Shown one piece after another: positions 57,800 through 64,000 of a stretch of DNA of 64,000 bases. Both the position numbers and the translations under genes were made by a program. The notes beneath the pieces are model-generated. The model was given only the letters and a program-made list of their open reading frames with translations. It was not told the DNA's origin and did not search any database. Numbering within the stretch: the stretch's first letter is position 1; each line of letters opens with the position of its first letter. Origin of the DNA: a virus. Lineage: Duplodnaviria > Caudoviricetes. The stretch is taken from the IMG/VR virus record IMGVR_UViG_3300042291_001013; one strand, written 5' to 3'.

Positions 57800-58851
57800 T
57801 CTGCTTCCTCCTCGCCGGTACTTACCTCTTCCTTGATATTTCCAAAGTCTTTCATCACAGTATCAAGACAGTTGTCATCGTTGCGTTCCCATCCTTTGCG
57901 GAACTTCTTGATGATTTCACCTTGGCTTGTGGTAAACACCAGGCTGTTGCCTTCTTTCTTGAGTAGGCCTTTTTTCTCAATCAAGTCAGTTAATCCTGAG
58001 TAAGGACTCATGCCTGTTGTGTAGGGAATCTTGACTTGCACGCCTTCAAAAGGTTTGGCATAGCGTGTTTTCATTACTTTACAGCCGGCACGGATACCCA
58101 TGACATCAGTGATCTTGTTGCCGTCCTCGTCCTCTTTCAGTTTCATCTTCTTCATGGCTACCACAATTGAGCTGGCATAGATAAAGCCCTGACCGCCGGA
58201 GATCTTGTCATCGGGATCAAACATGTCTTGGCTTGCGTATGTGTGATTGGTACATACCAATCCAACATTGTAACTACCAAACATGTTCACACAGTTACGC
58301 ACAAGTGCTGTGAGTGCTTTGGGCTTACGACCTAGATCACCCTTCATTTCGCCTGCATCAAACTGGTTCACATCAGTGGGTGTCAACAACATGCCTAGAC
58401 TGTCAATCACAAACATGACCTTGGGACGCTCGCCATCTGGCAAGGCCTTGTAGTCACTCATGAATGTTGAGATAGTTTTGGCCACATCGTCAATCATGGC
58501 CATACTCAGCTTGAGCAATTTGCTGTCACTTGTGTCAACGCCAAGTGCTTTGAGCCAGTCTTCATCCAGTGCATTTTCACTGTCAATCAACACCACAAAG
58601 ATACCTTGCTCTTGTGCGTTCTTCACAATGTTGCCTGAGCAGATATAACTTTTACCTGCACCAGAGTCGCCGGCAAACACAGTGACCTTGCCCAAGGGAA
58701 TGCCTCGATTGAAGTCTCCTGAGATCAGGTAGTTCAGTGCATAGTTGCCTGTTGAGATCCAGTCTGTGGGATCGTTAAAGCCGATCGACAAGCCGTCAAT
58801 GCTCTTGGTAATTTCCTTGCGGAACTTGCTTACATCAAATGGTTTTCCCAT
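57796..58851 (-). CDS. uvsX: RecA-like recombinase UvsX
   Basis: GDSGAGKS, VIDSLG, CTNHTY, SGGQG. Confidence 0.95.
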   Translation of the reverse strand: MGKPFDVSKFRKEITKSIDGLSIGFNDPTDWISTGNYALNYLISGDFNRGIPLGKVTVFAGDSGAGKSYICSGNIVKNAQEQGIFVVLIDSENALDEDWLKALGVDTSDSKLLKLSMAMIDDVAKTISTFMSDYKALPDGERPKVMFVIDSLGMLLTPTDVNQFDAGEMKGDLGRKPKALTALVRNCVNMFGSYNVGLVCTNHTYASQDMFDPDDKISGGQGFIYASSIVVAMKKMKLKEDEDGNKITDVMGIRAGCKVMKTRYAKPFEGVQVKIPYTTGMSPYSGLTDLIEKKGLLKKEGNSLVFTTSQGEIIKKFRKGWERNDDNCLDTVMKDFGNIKEEVSTGEEEAE

Positions 58852-58853
58852 GA

Positions 58854-60014
58854 TTAATTTCCTTCTTTAAATTTATATAACTCTTTAAAAATTTTACTAC
58901 TGTCAATTTTTCTTCTAATATCAATATTTTTCAGGTTTTCAAATGTTGCGTTGAGATCTTTTTCAACTGGTGTAGATATGTAGTTTAACATTAAACTCAG
59001 AGAATTGTAAAGACAATAGGCAGGGTTTGATAGATTTAGTTTGCTCTGAATTTTATTTCTCAATAGTGTTAGCTCAGAATCTGGCAAATTTCCCACATGC
59101 CAAACTTTGGGATTATCCAACGGGTTTACAATAAACGAATTTTCGTGAAACCCTAAATTTTGCAAAAATTCTATGCAATCTAATACTCCATATGCGGTCA
59201 TAATGCACCATGTGGAGTTGAAATTTATTTTTTCAAAGTCTTGTCTAAGTTGTTGTAAATTGTTAATGAACTGATCCCAGACTCCACCATAACGCACATA
59301 TTCAAATTCTTTGCCGACACCGTCAACACTCACTGTCCAATGTACATTTTTAAACTGTTTGAGCAAGTTATAAATCTCGTTGTTAATTATACTTAGATTG
59401 GTGTTGATTCGTATTTCTACATTGGGATTAATCTCACGTATTTTTTTTAACAACACTATATTTTCTTTGATCAACAATGGCTCTCCACCTGCTAGATATA
59501 TGTGCTCTACTGTGTTTAGATTACTGTAAATGTAATCCAAAGATTGTTGTAATGCATCTTCTTTTATATGTTGTGGTAAATTTAATTCGCTAGCCCAAGC
59601 ACTACTTAGATCTGGTCCGCAATAGATACACGCAAAATTGCAAGTGTTTTTCCAACGAAGATCTAACATGTTCAATCTGTAATTACTTGTATTGTCAAAA
59701 AATTCTAAGTCATTATTTTTTAACGTTTTTAGATACCACACTCTGTTGCTAACCGAATTAGGACTAAATTTTTGATTTTTTTCTAATAGATGACAGTGAC
59801 TGCATCTATTGTGCAGGACGTCGTTTAACATGTCTTGTTTGATGAGTTGATTGTTTTCTCCGTGCAAAATATTCTTTAACGGCTGTGAGTTTATGTTTCC
59901 CAAAGTTTCGTTAGTAATAGCACAATTTCTTACATCACCGTCGGGCTGTATGTACACTCCTAACCAAGGCAAGGTACAAAAACTTTTTTTAGTTAGATAT
60001 TCTTTTGGGGTCAT
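58854..60014 (-). CDS. Radical SAM enzyme with N-terminal SPASM/twitch domain
   Basis: CTLPW...DGDVRNC...CSHC; TCNFACIYC; AGGEP. Confidence 0.92.
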   Translation of the reverse strand: MTPKEYLTKKSFCTLPWLGVYIQPDGDVRNCAITNETLGNINSQPLKNILHGENNQLIKQDMLNDVLHNRCSHCHLLEKNQKFSPNSVSNRVWYLKTLKNNDLEFFDNTSNYRLNMLDLRWKNTCNFACIYCGPDLSSAWASELNLPQHIKEDALQQSLDYIYSNLNTVEHIYLAGGEPLLIKENIVLLKKIREINPNVEIRINTNLSIINNEIYNLLKQFKNVHWTVSVDGVGKEFEYVRYGGVWDQFINNLQQLRQDFEKINFNSTWCIMTAYGVLDCIEFLQNLGFHENSFIVNPLDNPKVWHVGNLPDSELTLLRNKIQSKLNLSNPAYCLYNSLSLMLNYISTPVEKDLNATFENLKNIDIRRKIDSSKIFKELYKFKEGN

Positions 60015-60015
60015 G

Positions 60016-60561
60016 TTAAAAAGTTATTTCTTTAAGATTGAATCCGAGGTTGTTAGTTTCTGACATTATTAACAAGAATGTTTTTACCCAGTTAGTCAGT
60101 TTTGTTTGTTCCTCAACTGTGATTGTATCACTATAAAGATGCACAGGGTTGATCAAAACAATCCTGGGCCAAACAGATTTAAATGACAACTGGGCACTGG
60201 CCTCATTCAATGAAACTTTGGCTGTACGGTATGCATCCATGCCAGGATCATCAAACAGATTTCTTGGCAAGACTGGAGTATAGGTAATTGCACTGCTAAT
60301 ATTTATTATGGTTTTTTGTTGGTTTTTCCAACGTTTCCATAGTTCATATAGTACGGTTGTTTGAACAAAATCTGGTTTTGCAACATTGATAAACATGTCA
60401 CACTCAGTAGTTTGATCAAGCATTTTTTGCATGTGATCCCAATTTCTTAGATCGTAGCCGTTGGAGCGACTGAACCCGCTGACTTGATGTCCTGATTCTT
60501 CATACGTTTTTTTAAACTCGGCGCCAAGGCCTCGAGTATGACCAGTGATAGCAATTTTCAT
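60016..60561 (-). CDS. Short-chain dehydrogenase/reductase (compact)
   Basis: ITGHTRGLG, FINVA, NISS, YRTAK. Confidence 0.8.
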   Translation of the reverse strand: MKIAITGHTRGLGAEFKKTYEESGHQVSGFSRSNGYDLRNWDHMQKMLDQTTECDMFINVAKPDFVQTTVLYELWKRWKNQQKTIINISSAITYTPVLPRNLFDDPGMDAYRTAKVSLNEASAQLSFKSVWPRIVLINPVHLYSDTITVEEQTKLTNWVKTFLLIMSETNNLGFNLKEITF

Positions 60562-61100
60562 AATTTTGGACCCAATGATATATCTGAGATAGTTAAATTA
60601 TTGGTCTGTGCTATTTCTAACATAGATACCAACGCTCCGGCCCAGACATTTACATCTGCGGCAGGTGGCACTGTTTTGTCAGCACTGGTTGCAATGTTGC
60701 CCGGTCGAACTAGAGTAATTTTTATACCTGAGCGACTATTTCGTATTTGACTTACCGCTTGTTCTAGTGTGGTTTTTTGTATTCTGTAAGCCATCATATC
60801 CAGTCCAGGCAATACACTCACCGGATCTTGTGTCATCATGGTGCTGATGACCATGATGTGTTTACCACTACCTTTCCAACGCTGAACCATCTCAAACAAC
60901 AATTCGGTCTGCGCATAGCCTGCTTGTGCGTTGTTTATAAACATATCACAGGGTTCTATTGCGTCGGCTATTTTTGGTATCACTCGTATGTTATGGCCTG
61001 TGCGGCGGCTTAGACTTAGTATCTCGTGACCACGTGCTTGGTATTCGTTACCCAGTGCCTGACCTATTCCAGCTGTGCCGCCTGTAATTGCTATTTTCAT
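60558..61100 (-). CDS. Short-chain dehydrogenase/reductase (compact)
   Basis: ITGGTAGIG, FINNA, YRIQK, RPGNIAT. Confidence 0.82.
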   Translation of the reverse strand: MKIAITGGTAGIGQALGNEYQARGHEILSLSRRTGHNIRVIPKIADAIEPCDMFINNAQAGYAQTELLFEMVQRWKGSGKHIMVISTMMTQDPVSVLPGLDMMAYRIQKTTLEQAVSQIRNSRSGIKITLVRPGNIATSADKTVPPAADVNVWAGALVSMLEIAQTNNLTISDISLGPKL

Positions 61101-62062
61101 TGATAGTAATCCCAAAGTTTAATACCACGCAACTGATCTTGTGCATGTGTCCATGACTGTAGTTCAATTGTGTTGTCTCGATCCTGGCCCACTATGGATT
61201 TTAATTCATCTGGTACATCAGCAGTTCTTGTAAAATGATTATTGTACTTGACGTTTAGTACCTCTGGCTGTTCCAGCAATGCCCAGGAGTGATCAAGACC
61301 TTGCTGTTTTGTATATGCAAAAATATTCTTCAAGTTGCTGATATTTAACGAACTGACTGTGGTCCAGGTGTTTAGTTCTTGGATTCCCATGTTTCTGTAT
61401 ATGTCAAGATTTCGTTCAAAGTTTTCCCACTTGATAGGCCAACGCACATAATCATGAACACGTCCGATACCATCCAGGCTCACTGTGACTGTGACGTGTA
61501 CGCCACGCTTGACCAGTTGCTGTATTTCTGGAATGACCATAGAACAGTTGGTGTTGATTCTAACGCTGACCACTGATGGAGGAATATTTTTAAGTATGTT
61601 GCGATAGTTTTTACTGGCACTGGGTTCACCACCATTAATATCCAAATGAACCACACGCTCTAATGGCAATTGCCAAAATGCCGCTGAGTTATCTACTATG
61701 GGATAGTTACTAGATATTAAACTGCCTATCTTGGTGCTTAGATTTTGATTGCAAGATTGGCAAGCACTATTACAAATGTTGTCTAGTACCCCGCCAACAG
61801 TAAGATAGTCCAGGCGTGTTTGTTTTTTATCAAATTTGATAGCATTGAGTCTTATGCTGGTGTTGTTGATTTGTTCTGTTTGTTGACACCGCACACATTC
61901 CTTGGGCCATGTATCTGGATTGCTTTTGATATCACTTAACCAATCACTAGCGTTCATTTTCTCTATGGTATCAAACTCAGGTGGATTGACCATATGACCG
62001 CATCGACTCATGGTACCATTGGGATTAAATCTCACAAAGTGATCAAGTCTCGGGCAATACAT
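61097..62062 (-). CDS. Radical SAM enzyme with N-terminal twitch-like region
   Basis: CPRL...NGTMSRC...CVRC; ICNSACQSC; NGGEP. Confidence 0.88.
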   Translation of the reverse strand: MYCPRLDHFVRFNPNGTMSRCGHMVNPPEFDTIEKMNASDWLSDIKSNPDTWPKECVRCQQTEQINNTSIRLNAIKFDKKQTRLDYLTVGGVLDNICNSACQSCNQNLSTKIGSLISSNYPIVDNSAAFWQLPLERVVHLDINGGEPSASKNYRNILKNIPPSVVSVRINTNCSMVIPEIQQLVKRGVHVTVTVSLDGIGRVHDYVRWPIKWENFERNLDIYRNMGIQELNTWTTVSSLNISNLKNIFAYTKQQGLDHSWALLEQPEVLNVKYNNHFTRTADVPDELKSIVGQDRDNTIELQSWTHAQDQLRGIKLWDYYQ

Positions 62063-62669
62063 GTTCGATGATATTTTTATAATTTTTTTGATAGTAATCC
62101 AAGAGTTCGCTCCAGGTAAATTCTTGACCAGCCAACTCTAAAAGTATTTGATCTAAATACAGCCACAACTCAATACCGTGATTTTCTTTAAACAATTCAG
62201 CAACAAAGTCTTTACTGGGCGGAATAACGTATGCTCTAGATTCAAAATCAGTTATTGCGCCAAAGTCTTTGAAGTTCCTAAAGCGTATTTTTGTATCGTT
62301 ACGTAGATAACGAGAAAGATTTGCCAACCAGTGAAACTGGGGCAAGTAGTGTGTGTTTAAAAATTTATATCGCTTGGCAAACCAAAATGCTGTAGAAGAA
62401 TCTAACTCAGGATAGTCGCGTTGAAGATGTTGCAGGTATGTGTTAATTCCACTGACATATCTGTCTCGGGGGTTGCGTATGTAGACATCCACATAGTCCA
62501 GCGCCAAAATCTCATGATTACTAAACACCACGAGATTCTCTTTTTTTTGCTGATATCGCAAACTGGTGTTTCCGTTTTTTTGAATTAGATAAACCCATTG
62601 ATTGTGAAGTGGTAGAGATACCACTTCACATAGATTTGGAAACAATTCTGTATCCAAAGACGTTTTCAT
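62043..62669 (-). CDS. Sulfotransferase family 2-like protein
   Basis: IQKNGNTSL (5'-PSB-like), RNPRDRYVSG (3'-PB-like), HYLPQ. Confidence 0.65.
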   Translation of the reverse strand: MKTSLDTELFPNLCEVVSLPLHNQWVYLIQKNGNTSLRYQQKKENLVVFSNHEILALDYVDVYIRNPRDRYVSGINTYLQHLQRDYPELDSSTAFWFAKRYKFLNTHYLPQFHWLANLSRYLRNDTKIRFRNFKDFGAITDFESRAYVIPPSKDFVAELFKENHGIELWLYLDQILLELAGQEFTWSELLDYYQKNYKNIIEHVLPET

Positions 62670-63658
62670 TACTGCTTTTGACGTGCTCGGATCATGGCCA
62701 AGATATCTTGGGCGTTGCCACCGGCCACCGGCTTGGCTACTGGAGCAGTAGCAGTTGCTGGCTCGTCCTCATCCCAGGCAGGTGTTTCTGCCGCCGGAGC
62801 AGGTGCGGCTTTTGCTACTGGAGCAGGTTTAGCTGGTGTATCCTCGTCGCTTGCGGCTGCACCAGCAGGTGCTTGTACACCAGCAGGACGGAAGTACTGA
62901 CCCCAACGCTCAGTGTCGTATGGCTGTCCATCTACACTTGCTTCAAACATCTCTTTGATGACTCGGAGCTCAACGTCAGTTGGCTTCTTGGGCAAGAATG
63001 TGCTCAAGTCAAACAATCCATGCTTTTCAATCGCAGCCTGTTCAGCCTCTGTCAGTGCTGACTCTTTACGTGCCCACTTGGATCCGTTATAGTCAGCAAA
63101 ACCGCCTTTGCTTCCTTTGGTGATACGGAAGTCCAGGCCACGCAAGTAGTCTGTTGGCAATTCTTCCAGTTCAGGATCCATCAAGGCGCCCTTGATAGTT
63201 GTAAAGATTTGTGGACCAATGATGAATCGACGAATTGGATTCTCTGGAGTTTTGTCGTCACCCAGTGCGTTTTCGCGCACAAAGCCTTGGAAGATGTAAC
63301 TGCGTTTCTTCCAGTACTTACGACCCATGTCTTCAAGAGTCTTGTCCTTGAACCATGTGCGTACTTCTGCCAGGATTGGGCAGGCTTCCTGCCACATTTC
63401 CACGCAAGGTACTTGTACCATGACTTGTTTGGATTCCATCTCTCCTTTGACACCGTTGAAGGGCAAACGAATCATTGCTCGTTCTTGCCAAAAGAAAGTG
63501 TTTTTAGAGTTACCGTCTGGGAGGAAGCGTAGTGTAGCAGAGCTGCCTTCTTCCATATTCCAATGCGGATAAATTGAGTTGTCGCCACGTTCAGTGGATT
63601 GACCACCTTTTGATTCTGCTGCCTGCAGTCGTGCGCGGATTTCTGCTAATGATGCCAT
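62669..63658 (-). CDS. Single-stranded DNA-binding protein (T4 gp32-like)
   Basis: LRFLPD, CPI, YWKKRSY, FIIGPQI; acidic Ala/Pro tail. Confidence 0.88.
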   Translation of the reverse strand: MASLAEIRARLQAAESKGGQSTERGDNSIYPHWNMEEGSSATLRFLPDGNSKNTFFWQERAMIRLPFNGVKGEMESKQVMVQVPCVEMWQEACPILAEVRTWFKDKTLEDMGRKYWKKRSYIFQGFVRENALGDDKTPENPIRRFIIGPQIFTTIKGALMDPELEELPTDYLRGLDFRITKGSKGGFADYNGSKWARKESALTEAEQAAIEKHGLFDLSTFLPKKPTDVELRVIKEMFEASVDGQPYDTERWGQYFRPAGVQAPAGAAASDEDTPAKPAPVAKAAPAPAAETPAWDEDEPATATAPVAKPVAGGNAQDILAMIRARQKQ

Positions 63659-63840
63659 ATTGTGTTGCCTTTCTATGCGTTAATATGATTTTAAAATTTA
63701 AGACTTGCTTAAATGCTGCCTACAAGGTTATTTTAACACAGCCTGTCTGTGTTTCCTACCTTTACGGTAGAGAATTTTGCCTAACTTGTTGTTTACGGAA
63801 GTGTGCGCTACTACACACACTTCTTTTATGCGTTTATTTA
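63659..63840 (-). promoter_or_regulatory. Structured gp32 leader with four hairpins
   Basis: Stems at 63798-63823, 63756-63770, 63735-63753 and 63696-63714, downstream of TAAATA (63835-63840). Confidence 0.65.
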
Positions 63841-63842
63841 TG

Positions 63843-64000
63843 TTATTTTATCAAAGCCAATGATTTTATTCTTGCCAAAAGTGCAGTGCCGTCTTTTGAC
63901 TCATAGTAGCTGTCGGTCACAGCGCCACGAGAGTCCATGGGATCTTGCTCGCCCATGATATCTTCAGCCATGCCCATTCCACATTCCATTAAGCCATGTT
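63843..64000 (-). CDS. C-terminus of a hypothetical protein (partial)
   Basis: Manual translation ...MECGMGMAEDIMGEQDPMDSRGAVTDSYYESKDGTALLARIKSLALIK-stop. Confidence 0.65.
   Translation of the reverse strand, partial: HGLMECGMGMAEDIMGEQDPMDSRGAVTDSYYESKDGTALLARIKSLALIK

Overview
This is a 64-kb segment of a large lytic myovirus-like (T4-related or jumbo) phage, probably infecting a Gram-negative host. That host call is inferred from sigma70 promoters, an outer-membrane beta-barrel and a proteobacterial-type IscU. Genes are densely packed and mostly on the minus strand. Replication, recombination and nucleotide-metabolism genes include DNA ligase, nrdA/nrdB/glutaredoxin, an exonuclease, gp41-like helicase, gp61-like primase, UvsW, UvsX, UvsY and gp32. 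There is also a very small DnaE-like protein. Virion genes include a PAAR spike, pectin-lyase and Gly-repeat fibre proteins, and probable head-packaged proteins. Short early-gene cassettes have near-consensus promoters. The most striking content is a large accessory biosynthetic toolkit: 5 radical SAM enzymes, MetK, IscU/IscA, 5 SGNH-like proteins, 5 methyltransferase-like proteins, about 7 glycosyltransferase or capsule-synthesis-like proteins, Gmd, a nucleotidyltransferase-cupin fusion, 2 SDRs and a sulfotransferase-like protein. Several of these genes are AT-rich and sit between core genes; one insertion left a duplicated iscA 3' end. Non-coding highlights are a structured ~190-nt leader, a four-hairpin gp32 leader, a TAAATA late-promoter motif and many apparently leaderless genes. 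I saw no tRNA, CRISPR array, intron, intein or integrase. All product calls come from motif recognition by eye; no database searches were run.
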